A stretch of 64,000 nucleotides of DNA from contig OX597815.1 in the NCBI GenBank assembly GCA_951406725.2, positions 93,186,001-93,250,000 on the forward strand. Reading direction: 5' to 3'. This DNA is from Octopus vulgaris (lineage: Eukaryota). The notes below the pieces were generated by a model, which was not told the origin of the DNA, did no database searches, and saw only the letters and a program-made list of their open reading frames with translations. This document shows, one piece after another, positions 27,712-42,194 of the stretch. A program made the translations under genes and the position numbers. Positions within the stretch are counted from its first letter, which is position 1; every line of letters starts with the position of its first letter.

Positions 27712-28022
27712 TTTTACTTGTTCCAGTCATTTGACTGTGGCCATGCTGGGGCACCACTTTGAAGAATTTTTTAGTTGAATGTATTGACTCCAGTACTTAT
27801 TTTTTTTAAAAGCCTAGAAACACACGTGTGTGTGTGTATACACACACACACATACATACATACACACACACACATACATATAATGGGCTTCTTTCAGTTT
27901 CTGTCTACCAAATCCACTCACAAGGCTTTGGTCGGCTCAAATACACTTGCCCAAGGTGCCATGCAGTAGGACTGAACCCTAGGCCACGTGGTTGGGAAGC
28001 AAGTGTCTTACTATGTAGCCAC
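27712..28022 (-). mobile_element. Near full-length tRNA-derived SINE with internal (CA)n
   Basis: ttttacttgttccagtcatttgactgtggccatgctgg ... accaaatccactcacaaggctttggtcgg ... ggactgaaccc ... gtagccac. Partial copies at about 8175, 15705, 22560, 25770 and 36220-36780. Confidence 0.75.
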
Positions 28023-28570
28023 TTTATTTCAGGATCAATTTATTTAGTAATAATATATCATATCTTTTCTTAAACTGGTAGGATGTTATTCAAACATGAT
28101 ACAAGTGTCATTTCTGGTGTATTAAGAAACCACATAACTGTTCCTTTGTTGCTTCATAGTGAAATGTGCATGTGTGTGTGTGTGAGGAACAGAGGGAGAG
28201 AGAGAGAGATAACAACACAGTAAAAGGAACTGGTAAGATTTACAGTAGAATTATTGAGAGTGTGTACCATGCTGGATTATTATCATTTATTGATTATATG
28301 TGAAATTCCAAAATATTGAACCTCACAGTAAATCATCATCATGTCATTTAACTCAGGCTTATATTTAACATAGAGTAACAACCAAAAGCATTTTTTAAAG
28401 GTGAAAATTATTGATAAGTAATTAAAACTATTAATGATATAAAGCAAAATAAATATAGACACATGTTCATAAGAAAAATATTTGATAGCATAATCACCTT
28501 GTATCTGAAAGTGTATGAATATACAAATTAACAAATGCATATTTATGTGTGTGTGTATGCCTATATGTAT

Positions 28571-28609
<39 letters not shown>

Positions 28610-28918
28610 GATATAAGCTCATGTGTACATGTGTATAACACACAAGCAGATGAATTTGTTTAAATAATCACTTTTAGTTTGTTTTTCGAAACTTGTGTTA
28701 ATATTCTGCAAGCTACCATCTAAATAAGTGTACAGTAAAACCTTGTTTGTAACTACAGCAGGCAGAATAATGTCCCAGAACAGACATTTAGCAAACAGAC
28801 GCCATAAATATTTAGATTCAGAAAATCACAACAGCACTGAGTTGCTGATAAACAAATTGGAGTTGAGAGGAGTGGTGATGTAACTCACAACATACAATAT
28901 ATACATACAGCTATATTA

Positions 28919-28985
<67 letters not shown>

Positions 28986-30148
28986 TTATGAAGACAGACA
29001 GACATAGGTATACACACACACACCATCATCATGATATTATGTCCATTCTTTCATGCTGGCATGAGTTTGATGGATTGTCAGGTCACCCTCCAGAACATAA
29101 TACTGGCAAACTCTGGCACTGTTTATATCTTACAGTGAAGACTGGGGGTATCTTATCATACATACAAACATACATATTTTTACTGAAACATACACACATA
29201 CACAAAAATTTAAAATAAAACAATAAAAAATAAAAATCCCATACATACTCATACACATACATATATACATACATACATACATACATACACAAGCATTGCA
29301 ATGTGTGTAAGGAAAGTAAAAATAAATAAAGCAGCTACCTAGGAGGTGTGTATTTCCTTTTCCATGTACCGGTGCCAAGTAGATTACATTGATGGCTGAA
29401 GACTCCTACAGACACCTGAGAACAACAGTGGTGCTGAATCTTCACTGCTAGACTGAATATCTTACGACCAGTGAGTGAGAGAATGAGAGAGGGGGTAACA
29501 GTGGAGAACATAGAAGAAGCATAACGCTGTTATCGTAGCTGTTTGGTGAACAAAACAGTGATCAAAGGTTTTCCGACCAGGAAAACACTGATTTAGTTTT
29601 CTGACATAGGATATCTATGACAATATCATTATACAATGTGTCCCTTTTAAAATATAGAAGGTTATGATTTCAGGTAGATATGGCTGCTGCTTCTAGTGGG
29701 CCAAGTGACTGTATGGAGGCACCCTTATCAATTCACAAAATGAAGATAATCACAGATAAGAGTAAATGTCTCTCACAGTAGAGAGACATTGAAAGGAGAT
29801 AAATAACAGGTGCAAGGAGTACTGTTGTGGGAAAGAGTAGCAACAAGTGAACAACAATACACAGATAAAATTCCCACTGTGTCCATTCAAAGCTTATAAG
29901 CAGCGGAAGAAAATCAATAATGTTTCCATTTAACCCAAAACAAATCAGCTTGACATGTGCAATACTGTAACATTTTATCAAGAAATTCTAACTTCAATAT
30001 TCATTGACACAAAGGAAGTTTGACAAATGAAAAAATTTATATTTTCATCATGGCAAACCAAAGCATATTCTATATGAATACAAGTATAACTACAGTTGTT
30101 ATAAACAATGAATTGAATAGAGTTTTTTTAATCATATATATATATATA

Positions 30149-30318
30149 CAGATATTGTTATATTTCGGAATCGTCATTTTGCCAGTTTAGCCAATAACAA
30201 CACACGCACTATATATTTGGTGTTACTTTGCTTCAGTGTTATTTATTTTTTACATTAATCTTAATCTTGTTATTGGCTAAACTGGCAAAATGACGATTCC
30301 GAAATATAACAATATCTG
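30149..30318. mobile_element. MITE with perfect 52-bp TIRs (Tc1/mariner-like, TA target)
   Basis: CAGATATTGTTATATTTCGGAATCGTCATTTTGCCAGTTTAGCCAATAACAA at 30149-30200 and its exact reverse complement at 30267-30318; the left flank is (TA)n. Confidence 0.88.
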
Positions 30319-30368
30319 TTTCAACACACGACTTCACATAAAAAATCTTGCACAACAAATATATAAAC

Positions 30369-30413
<45 letters not shown>

Positions 30414-31330
30414 TATGCACATGTATACACACACACAATGCATATATCTGTAAATATCATAATTTTAACATCCATCTTACCATGTTAGTGTGTGGTCAGA
30501 CAATAAACTTAGGAGAAGCAAATATTTCTACAACGCTGTCACTATATGTATTTCCACATTCATAGAAGTGACAACGTTTATATGAATGACTTCTCATTTA
30601 CAATCAATAAGTACATGTTAGGACATGAGGATTACATACATAGTGACAGAGATAAAAAAAAAACCTAGATACATGTAAGTATATAAACAAACAGACAGGC
30701 AGAGATATACACACACACACACACACAGAGTTTTCATACTGAGTTATAACAAAAACAATTCTACAAAAAACTGAAGGCTTACTCTATGCTTTTTGTAGAG
30801 CACAAATTTATTACTCTAATGCATACTGACAATGATTTCAAAGTTTCAGCCAGCTTAGCTATCATCAGAATGACACACACACTACCCCCACTGCCACCAA
30901 ATTACCATTGAGTTAACAGTTACTTTTCTATGCTTTTACAAGTCAGGTGAAATTTATTGAGGGAGATTTTCTATGGCTGTTTGCCCTTCTTTTTTCCAAC
31001 TTACACCAATTTTCAAGTACAGTTATGTTGCTCCTAACCCTTTGAACATGAAAAGTACAATGGCCTGACATATTTTCTCAGAAGATTGCAAACAAACAAC
31101 AAAACTTGTATGATGGTAATGTCTCTCTGCAATTAGTGTATGGTGCCAAGAGAGGAAGTGCATGTGTATACAACAGACCTCTTTCAGTTTAATATATAAC
31201 AGGAGAGTCCATCATATATACATACACACACACAATGTGAACTATGAGCACATGTGAAATAGACTTTTCCCAATCCTCAGGTAGATGTATGTAAAAATGT
31301 ATTGGTATGTATGTGCATACATATGTACGT

Positions 31331-31373
<43 letters not shown>

Positions 31374-32899
31374 AACATTATCAAGGCTACAGCTTTGTTC
31401 TCCTTGATTAGCCTCACATCTCTAACATAATCAAGACCTACCTCCCTATCATACATCCCCACTTATTGCCCACCTGTTTATCATCCACTCTGACACCTGT
31501 CTCTATCACCCTTGCCTTTATTATTCAAGAACTCATGCTCCTATTGCTATTCTCTCAATCATTCACCCTTCTTCTCATTCTCATTGTATTATGTTACTCA
31601 TGTGACTAAAGACAGCAACTGATCTCTTTGGCTCACACTATATAATTTCCAGTGTAACTAGGCATGCCATGGGGTCTGTCTGACCCTCTTATCAACACTC
31701 TACCCATCTCTCTGTTATCCACATCATCCTAGATTTCTTGCCCATTTCGAGGCATATAGATTAGTGGTCTCAGTAGATCTGCATGTATCCCATACAATGC
31801 AAATTTGCTAACAACACCAATCATTCTCTCCCACAATTTATCAGCCTCTTGCTGTCTGCCACTCTATCATCTCCATCCTCTCTAGTACTGGTGCAATGAT
31901 AAATTGCACCCAATACATTTTAAGTGGTTGGTATTAGGAAGGTGTAATAACCATGTCAAAAATGAAACATTAAGGGTGAGATGTGATCTGCTGACCAGTC
32001 TGGGAGGGCAGTAATTCTGAATAAGAACTCAGATTTTGATGACTTATCCAACCCGTGCCAGCATGGAAAGTGGATATTCAATGATGATGCTGATGTATGC
32101 ATATATTTGTGTGTGTGTGTGTACATATGATAGTAAATGTAGCCTGGCACAGAAGGAGGAAAAAGGAATGTGTAGAAAACAGACAAAAAGGCAAGCAAAA
32201 CACATAGACATGCATCTTTCAACAGTTATCAACCAAGAATCATCAAAAATTTGACACCTTATTAATAATATTGTCCAATTTGGTGACAGTAAATTTGGTT
32301 GACAGCAAAAAGCTGCTGGGGTATAAATAAGTGAACATGAAGGACAGAGTGAGGAATGTAAAAAAAAGGATGGGATTCTCTTGACAAGCTATAAAAGTAT
32401 GAGTTATGAGGAGATGGGAAAATATATAAAACAAAAAAGCAAGAAAAGTAACAGAAAAAATAAATAACATGTAATAAACGAAATATAATTTGTATACATA
32501 GAAGGCCTATCAGCTATATGACAGAATTAAGACAAGACATGCGATAATAACACTATTATATATTTATTTTGTAGGGAGTGTAACACAGCCATTTATGTGT
32601 AGGTGCAATTTAGGTTCTAACTGGGGTCCTAGAACTTCTAGAAACTTCAAATATTTTTCACATCTAACTGAAAACAAAAGTAGTTACTCAATGAACTCTG
32701 AACAAGGTGAAAAAAATGAGAAAAAAATTAGATTACACTGAGTATATGATAATGAAGGAGAAAGGTGTAGCCCAGGGGTCATAACTCTGAAAGCCATTTG
32801 GTTAGATTAGCTCTCTTTTAATCTGTAGTAAAAGTATGAAAGGTATTTAGATTGATCGATTAAATAGTACTTTAAATAATGAGGTTAATATAACAGAGT

Positions 32900-33450
32900 G
32901 ATGGGTGTTGGATATTGTCTGTGTGTATAAAAACTACATGTTCACAGTCTAAGGAAAAATCTTTTATTCAAAAAGAAACAATTAGCTGGTGATTCAGTGA
33001 ATGAAGCATTTGTACAAATCTAAATCTCTTCATAAGCACTTGAGAGAGATGCTTGTGGTAGCAATGCTGAGTGTGATACGAAACCAGTAGAATTTAAAAC
33101 TTGCAAGTGTTTGGTCAAAACCTTTTACAAATAGGGGTTGGGTATTCAGCGTTTTGAGCAATAAGGAAGCTGCCAACTCAGACAAGGTTATTGCAGAAAA
33201 ATATCATACCAAATTTTGTGAACTTTTGAAGTGAGATCATTTCTGCAAAATTTTTAATTGCTATGAGACTGATGGAGGTATGGTGGTAGAGATACACAAA
33301 TCACATGGGAGGAGACCAAATTGCTTGATGATAAATTAATGAGGGATAGGTTAAAATTACTTTTTTGCACCATTTTATCAAGGGATTCGAAAGTGAAGCC
33401 ACTCTATGTTTATCGTTCAGAGAAGTGTAGTATCTTCAAAAATAACAAAA
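32900..33450 (+). mobile_element. Tigger/pogo transposase remnant
   Basis: Decayed peptides EAANSDKVIAEKY...IFNCYET and GDSKVKPLYVYRSEK resemble Tigger GEAASAD...VFNCDET and GDFKLKPLLIYHSEN. Confidence 0.65.
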
Positions 33451-34819
33451 ACAATCCTTGATGATACTTCCTTGCCAATTACAACACATTACATTTTTTA
33501 TTCTACCAAATGATCCCCTATATTCATTACCATCAACAGCACCTTCCACTATTACAATTACTACTTCCACTCAGGTAAAAAGCATATCGATCTTTTAGAG
33601 ACCATTAATCTTCTAATGTAGTCTTGTTATAATATGGTGTACATCCCTCCATTTATCCTCCTGTACTGCTAGCCATTATTCCCCATCCCTCAAATCAATA
33701 CTTTATTGACAACCTTCACTCTCTTACCTCAACTATTTCATCACCTGTGCTCTCTCTTAACATCACATATTATCCTTCTATACTGCCAACCACAATCCCA
33801 CTTCGTCCAGATTATCTGTTCTTAAGATCTATCACATTCTCTTATTGTAGAGGACCATATATATATATCTGTGTGTATACGCACACTCAGAGGTAAGAAA
33901 AATGGGGAGATTAATAATATATACCTGAAATATAGGTGGATTAGGTGAAATAGGTATAAACTTTAGTTATTTCTCTTCTAGAAACTGAATAGAAATTATA
34001 CTCTAAGGTGTCACAAGGATACAGTTGACCCTGAAACATCTAACAAACAATGCTGCTTCTATAGTGATACACAACTTAAGAGCGACTGAAAAAGTTCAAT
34101 AATCAACAATATAGACAATTAGCAAATGTTAGAAGGTATCACAAGTACAAATTTATCTTGAAATGCAATCAAACGAACAGTGATAGCAGATTAAAGGCCA
34201 GTAAAAGTGACTGGTCACTTTCTAGTTTTGTTCAGATAGAAGCTTTTAATAATAAACCTATCATTGACTCTGTATATATCTCAAGTAGATGACTCTAGAA
34301 ATCTAGTCTGTAATCACTGGACCAGAAATAAGAGGAAATATAGGCCATGTCATCTAAAATATAACAATAACAATTACAGAATATTGGGAAAAAACAAGGC
34401 AAGGTTTAATGTTAGACAGAATAATTGTTGCCTAATATAGGAAATAAGATAGAGTTTGCCAAAAATGGCAATTCATTTGAGTTGGATGTAAGGAAAGATT
34501 ACCATCCTAATGATTAAATAATAAAGAACAGATAAGAAATATGTTCAATTATGCTGTATAACATCTGGAGTAATCCAGTCGTATAAACAAAACCTGTCAT
34601 ATATAAAATATTGACTTTTTTGTTAGATCAGTAATTTTGGAAATAACTATTTTATATTAAATAAAACCTCAACAAAACTTTCCAGTAATAATGTTTTATT
34701 AGCTCAATATTGATTTTCAACTAAGTTTCCTAATGATTTTTCTTTTCTTTTTTTAAATGAAAGCACACACACATTTACTTACACTAACCAAAAGAGGAGG
34801 AAGGATGAGCTAGCAAAGC

Positions 34820-35430
34820 AAGCAAAGGTGGTTTTTCACTGTCTCACTGTTGTATTGCAGGTTCATTCCCTAACTTTAATCCTCCTCTATATCCCTCTAC
34901 TTATTGCCTTGAGTAAGGAAAAGGCTAGCGGGAGTCAACCATGGAGTTCCTTAGGCAGCCCAGTACTCATTTTGACACTCTTCCAACAACTCCAGGATAT
35001 GTGGAGCTCCCCAACCCTTTAAGGGAACTCACCTAGGAAAAGGCCACTTAAATGTAAAAACCTTCAGCTTGCTGGTCACTGCAGCCATCTTTAGTCTGCT
35101 GGGCCACTGTGGTCAGACCTTCAAGTCTAAAGAATGAGATCAGATTGCATGAACTGACTCTCACTTTCAAACTAAGCACAGGCAGGAAGAACATCCCTCT
35201 GGTACTTGCATTTGCAGCCCCTGCATGTAGGCATAGCTGCTCTTCTTAATGATCTTTAGACAATAAGAACTGCTATCATATCCCTCTAAGAATGATCTTA
35301 CATACTTTTTCCAAGTCTGTCCCGAGCTAAACAACAGTGGGCTTTGGTGGATGAGTTTACCACTAACATTTAGCAACTGTACCCATATGCACCTTTAGTA
35401 CAGTCCACACTGTTGCAAACAGTAGGTCTG
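34820..35430. mobile_element. Unclassified decayed retroelement-like fragment
   Basis: GC-richer island with broken reading frames; no diagnostic motif recognised. Confidence 0.25.
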
Positions 35431-35711
35431 AAAATAACTCTCTTCTTTCTACCAGCCATGGATGTCCTGTAATGGATCACATATGCTGTTTTTTGCCACA
35501 ACAGACAATTTCAGGGAAATTTTTATTTTCAATGTCTTGTATAACTCCTCACTCAATAATAAACTAAGATAGTGACAATTCTACTAACTATATAAAGTAA
35601 TTCTACACCAAGCTAATGAAAGAGCCTCTATATGGTCAGTTGACCCAGTAGAAATAGCAGCTAAATCTACCTCCAATTTCACTCAAGGAAAAAAGACATA
35701 TTTGATAATAT

Positions 35712-35742
<31 letters not shown>

Positions 35743-36834
35743 TAGAGAGAGAGAGAAATGGTCATGTCTGGAAATCCTGTGCTTTATCACGGTTGACCTG
35801 GGTAAATAACAAGTTACATAACAACTCAAGAAACAATCTCTCCATTTCTAATGATTTAAATAAAACAAATAACAATAACTAATTTATCACTGTCAAACAA
35901 TTTCACTTTGCCATAATCCCCACTTTCTCCATATAGAATGAAAGAACCAAACCAGTAGTTTTCCGACAGCCAAACTCTCAGGCAAATATTAAAACTCTGC
36001 CACAAGTACTCTAATGATTAGTCAAGCTTGATGTTAAGCAGGAAAAAAAAAATCTATTGCCAAGAGAAATCATCTCATATTTATATTATAGAAGGAGGGA
36101 GGGAGGTAGCTAAGTTTAGATAGTCCATATGAATAACAGTTAAAGCAGTAAAACTAAACTGTTGAACAACATAAGTATAAAAAACAAAACAAAAAAAAAA
36201 ACGACTTTCATATTGTGCTTGTTTCAGTCATTGGACAGCAGTCATGATAGGGTTTAGTCAAACAAATTGATCCCAGTAGTAATTTTTTAAAATCTGGTAC
36301 AAATTTTATTGGTCTCTTTTGCAAAACCGGTCAATTTGCAAAGCCATAAACAAAGCAACACCAGTTGTCAAGTTGTGGAGATAGGAGTGGGGTCAAATAC
36401 ACACACTGTATACACACACACACATCTATCTATATATGATTTGGTTATGAGGATTCTTAAGAACCAAGGCATATCAACATGTAGGACACATGCTCTGTAT
36501 GTTATAGTGTAATCTGTTATGACAACATTAAAATATAATTCTACCAAAACAGGTGTTGTACATTTTAAATGCTATTTATATTTACTTTTTATATCTATCT
36601 ATCAATCTACCAATCTACATGTACACACACAAAAGGCATTCATACAGCTTCTATTAGCCAAATTCACTCACAAGGTATTCGTTAGCCTGAAGTTATAGTA
36701 GAAGACACCTGCACAAGATACCGTGCAGTGGGACTGAATCCAACTGAACCTCAAAGCAAATTTCTAAAGCACACAGCTATGCTAGTAACTTTACTATGTT
36801 GTGGTCACACTCTCAAGACAGAGCCAAGCAAGTA

Positions 36835-37848
36835 CCGTAAAAATGCAATTAATTTATGCACTTTTTCCACAAAAATAAACATATACTTTAGGAGGAGTGT
36901 AAATTACATGAGTAGATCATTTCTGGTTTTTTATTGAAATTTTTTTGTCGAAAAAAGATGTACAAAACAAAAATTCATACCAGAAGTTGACTCATTTAAT
37001 GTCAGAAGAGGTTTTTACAGAAAAAAATAATGCCTTAAATATGCATAATGAAGTTGACTTTTATTTATGCTGGGTGGTATAATGCTTACTTTTACTGTAT
37101 AAATTTACTAAATCCATTAAATGGTGAACTAGTTTTTGAAGTCTGACGGTCTTGCTGGTAAATACGTTCCAGGCCATATTTTACATTGCTTGGAGTTTCT
37201 ACTTATCGCAATGGAGCACATGTTTAATTTCTCCTCTGCAGTAAACAATTCATAAATTCTGTTCATACTGACAATAACGGTAATGGCAAATTTTTAAGTT
37301 TGCTTGACATTTTATAAGTGTGAAAGGGATTAAAGTTTTGATCATAATAAGTTTGATCAGCCACCTTCCTCTGTCGGTGGAGTAGTGTCATCCAAGCTGA
37401 TGCATATTGGTAACTAAACTTAATTTGCAATACTTGTGCATATTTATCAGCTTTGTTGGTAATTCTTATCAACAATTCCTGTGATCGTGATTTGAGAAGA
37501 CATACAGCAGTATGCTAAAGATCAGACATAATCTCTTGTGGGCAAGAAATGTAAAATAAAGTTTATGACAAACAGCACAAACACTTTGTAATTTAATAGC
37601 TTTCAATGTGATACCTGTTAAACAGAAATTATTTTTATCTAATGAAAATTTAATAAAATCTAATCATAAGTAAGTGAAATTATGCTAAATACAACTAAAT
37701 TGAAAACCTTTTTCCTCTGACTATATCAGAAATTTTGGAAACTTTTAGATGTGAATTTTACACAAGTAGAAGCCTTTTTTAACAAATTTTATCCTGAAAA
37801 TCACCTGCATAAATTACACAGGTGCATAAATTACATGAGGCTTCACTA
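36835..37848 (-). mobile_element. pogo/Tigger-like DNA transposon remnant
   Basis: TA|CCGTAAAA...taatttatgcac and gtgcataaattac...|TA degenerate TIRs. Internal KADKYAQVLQIKF..ASAWM resembles a CENP-B/Tc5 HTH. Confidence 0.55.
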
Positions 37849-39714
37849 TAAAAAGAATTGATATAACAATATATCTAACACTTCTAATATTCCTGTTTTG
37901 AAGTCCCCTTTTTCTTTCTATTCTGACATGGTGTACTATATGTCACTACATGTCACCTATCATGTTGGTCATATCATCTCAGCTGTGAAGCCTAACAGTT
38001 TAACATTTAACCTTACCTCTAATGTGTCAACGATTGAGAGTCAAAAAGGTAGCTTCTATAGCAAGAAACAACAGCCAAATTTTGCACAAATCAAAACCTT
38101 ACCTTTTCTTTTTGCATCTTTAACAATCCTCTTCCATACATAGCTTCCACTGACAACTCACAATACATTCCCTATCCCCACTTATCTTTTTATTTCTATT
38201 TTTACATATATTGGCTGATGTCTTTAAAAACCAGCCAGTCACTGATTTGTTTGTGCTCTATTTTTCATGTAGACCATAAGTGAACTCATGAGTTCACTTG
38301 TAATCTATTTTTCATGGATCACACTTATCTGATTTGTCTTAAGTCCCCAATTTTTCTTTTCTCAGAGGGTGATTTTGGGGGAAGATTTGGCTTAATTTTA
38401 ATGCACAGAGGCTCTCTTGTTCCCTAAAATTAAATTTTGGTTTACTAAAGATGTTTTAGGCAGAATGTTTTACACAAGATATTTTGGTAACAGTATGAAG
38501 CATTGTCACAAATTTAGTGCAATTCAAATCGACAAGTGACATAAATAGTACTATTCCCAATGATTATAAAACATACCATGTCTCAGTACCATGTAATATC
38601 ATGATAGTCAAACATGGTATGATTTATATATTATTATACACAAACACATTTCATTAAGTCTAGCTTGCATACTATGAGGAAAACCTTTTGTCGCCAACAA
38701 AGAAAATCTCTCAGCTATATAAAAGAAACATAAAGCAGAATGAAGTGGGGAGGGCAAAGCTATATGATCTGACTGTGATATTATTAATTTCATGATTTCA
38801 ATAAATCAATGATATCTATATTGGTCACGAGAGTAACATTACACTATATCCAATATGATGCTGGGAACATTGTTTGGAAATAAAGGAAACTACAGATGAA
38901 CACCAGAAATAAATGTCTGTATAAATAAAGTGATGAATTGGCACCTGTTTCAACTGTATTCTAAGTTCAAATCCCACTAAGGTTAAGTTTACCTTTCACT
39001 CTTATAGGGTTCTTCTTCTTCGTCATCGTCATCGCCGCCACCACCACCACCACCACCACTCTCCTCCTCATTTAATGTCCGTTTCCCAAGCTGGTATGGG
39101 TTAAACAATTTGACAGAAACTGGCAAGCCAGAGAGCTGCACAAGGTTCCAATTATCTGTTTTGGTTTGGTTTCTATGGCTGAATGCCCTTCCTAACATCA
39201 ACCATTTTACAGACTGTACTGGATGCTTTGTACATGGCACCAGCACCAATGCTATTACATGGCACCAGCATGGGTACTTTCTGTGGGACACGGACACAAG
39301 TGCATTTTTATGCGGCACTGGCATCGGTGTTTTTTACATGGCATCAGCACAAGAGCTTTTATATAATAAACCAGGGTAGCAGCTTGGCAGAAATGTTAGT
39401 GTGTCAGATGTGATGCAGTACAGTAAGTGTCTGAGCTGTCCACATCCTGACAACAACCCTACAATCCTAGTAATGACGCAGGAGCCAAATTGTATTGACC
39501 CTCAAGCATCAACCTTTTGCTTGGATAATATCAGTAGTGTGGAAAGGGAAGGCTTGCATGCATAAGTAACTGGCAGTCTTCCACAAAGTTGTCTGGCTGG
39601 TGGCACACACACACACATAAATGGTTAACTCCAACTAACAGAGGTCTCCAGATAATCAGATAACATACTAAATATTAATAAAAAAAAAACTGACACTTTG
39701 TTGGTTACAGCATT

Positions 39715-40010
39715 GAAGGTTTCAGTTGATCTGATCAACGGAACAGCTTGCTCATGAAATTAACATGCAAGTGACTGAGCACTCCAAAGATATGCATACT
39801 CCTAAAGTAATTCTCAAGAGGTTTCAGCATGACACAGAATGTGACAAGGCTGGCTTTCTGAAACACAGGTACTAATAATTTTTGCCAGCAGAGTGAACTG
39901 GAGCAACATGAAATAAGGTGTCTTGCTCAAGGACACAATGCACCACTGGGTATCAAACTAACAACCTTACAATCATGAGTCGAACACTCTAACCACATAG
40001 CCATGTGCCT
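39715..40010 (-). mobile_element. tRNA-derived SINE (second family)
   Basis: tRNA-like head on minus near 39940-40010 (ggcacatggctatgtggttagagtgttcgactcatgat) followed by gtgtccttgagcaagacac. Confidence 0.65.
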
Positions 40011-40896
40011 TCACATACTTAATACTAAGTAACTTGCTGGAAGAGGAGCTAAAGTCAAAAGATACAGAGAACATTTATGTAAACAGAATAATGTAGTTGA
40101 TGATGATAATGAAGGAAAGCTGAAGAAAGGATCTATTAAAAATAGTGTAAAACACAAAACTAGATAAATGAACAGCTGCACATTAAACACACCAGATATA
40201 CTGTAACTTATACTGTCTTGAAACTATGTTCAATAATGTGCAGTACAGTATAACAGTTTGGATATGTGTGGGTTTCACTGTAATGTCTGTTCTAAAGTTT
40301 TTTTCTTTCTGGTGTATGATGGTTTCAAGTCTTTCTTTCACTAAACCATCACTGGTTTTGAATCATCAAATACTAGTTTCAGAATGGGCTCAGTTATTAG
40401 AAGGTACACATAAAATGAGATCAACATTTAATACCTGACCTTAATTGAGAGAAGTGAGATCATCAGTGTATGACATTAAATATGTTAGTGACACCAATAA
40501 TATGCTCCTATATTTCTTTTTAAAATTCATTTAACATAAGTGTGATGGTATATTTGTTTGGAGCAATTATTTTTACAGCTGAACCATGTTCTCCTAACAC
40601 TAACCACTTAACTGTGAAGTCGAGATAAAGCCTGTCTTTATTCAATAAGGCAACGTAAAGAAAATGGAGTTAGATGGCTTGTGCAGGGACAGAAGCAAAT
40701 GAAAATTGTAAGAATGGAACCTGTGGTATGTTTACACTTACAATAGGGAATTATTCATATATCTAGAATGGAACAGCTGCCACATAGACATAGATTTTTA
40801 CATCACCACCTACTCAAATTGTTGTGTAACTAATTGAATCAATCTTTGGCATACAGATGTGATGTACCTGTAGCAAACATTTTGTCTAATCAGCTA

Positions 40897-41251
40897 TCTC
40901 TCTCTATATAAACGGCAGTTTGTCTGTGCGTTTTCTGTGTGTCTGTTTTCCCGTACCCTCACTCTGACCACGGCTTTCAACCGATTCTGATGAAACTTGA
41001 CACACACATAGCCCAATGTCATAATTCAAAACTAACGCAGCGAAAATTTTGAAAAGTTCCCCCAGTTCTGAAAAAAATCGATAAATTCGACATGGGGTCG
41101 AGAATCAGAAACCCAAACCACAGACCGTCTAGGGGACGCAACTCCACCTTTTTTAACTCTCAAAAAAAATTTACCATCATTTTTTTCCCATTTTTTTGCT
41201 ATTTTTTGGCTATAACTCTCTAAAAATGCTTTATAGTTATTTCCCTTACAA
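40897..41251 (+). mobile_element. 3'-truncated non-autonomous Helitron-like element
   Basis: A|TCTCTCTCTATATAAACGGCAG start, (TCTG)-like repeats, aaccgattctgatgaaactt core, CpGs intact. No 3' hairpin or CTRR; flanked by a 32-bp direct repeat. Confidence 0.65.
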
Positions 41252-42194
41252 ACCTGTAGCAAACATTTTGTCTAATCAGCTATTTAGTTATAAAATTATA
41301 TCAAATGGTTGTATTTTGACATTGTCAACATTTGATCAGGCGATTAAGGTTGGACTAAATCCGTTGCAGAAATTGGATGGTCCTAACTAGTCAATCGGTG
41401 TTTGAGCAACAGTTTTTATCCTAATGCAGAAAAATTCTCTTCCTGACTGCCAACCGTTATATAAGAAACACTCTAGAGATGAGATCACAAGCCAAACAGA
41501 TGTCTTTCCATGAACTATGCTACCTAGAACACAGAACCATGCAGTCCAGCATACAGAACCAAGCCATGAATTACCAAACCAGTTACTTATCAATATGTAA
41601 GACATTTGCCATGTAATTTTCAAAACAGTTACATTGAATTTAGCTGGTTCTTCTTATCATTAGTCTTTCTACAAGACTGGATATGAGAGACTTTGCTTGT
41701 AATATGGTGATGCTTGTTTATAATTATCTCATGATTTCAAGAAAAAGAGACACAAATACACACATATATGCACATGTATAAACACATATATACACATGAC
41801 AAGGTTTCTTTCAGCTTCCATCTGCTATATACACCCAGAAAGCTTTGGTTAATCAGTGGTTATAAATGACATTTGCTTAAGGTTCTACACAATTGGACTG
41901 AACATGAAACCAAACCATGTGGTTGGAAAGTGAACTTTTTAACTACCCAACCTTATATATATGCAAAAATGCTTATAAATATATTCTGACTAATGATATG
42001 TATGAAAATAGGTTAATGTAGAATGAAGACTTAAATGAATATAAAACATTGTTTTCTAAAGTTATGTACAATGTATACTCATTATAAAAAAGTACTATTC
42101 TAAAGTGATGTAGACTATTCACTATAAAATACACTATCTACTAAAACGTAGAATTGTGTATGCTCACATATGCTGTATCCTAAAGTGATGTAGA

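Noticed and set aside
29339-29415. Possible phase-0 terminal exon VSVGVFSHQCNLLGTGTWKRKYTPPR*
   Set aside because: Ordinary acceptor-like motif; no homology or PDZ-type end to distinguish it from chance.
39940-40010. tRNA-like sequence
   Set aside because: Degenerate SINE head joined to a SINE body; no intact cloverleaf.
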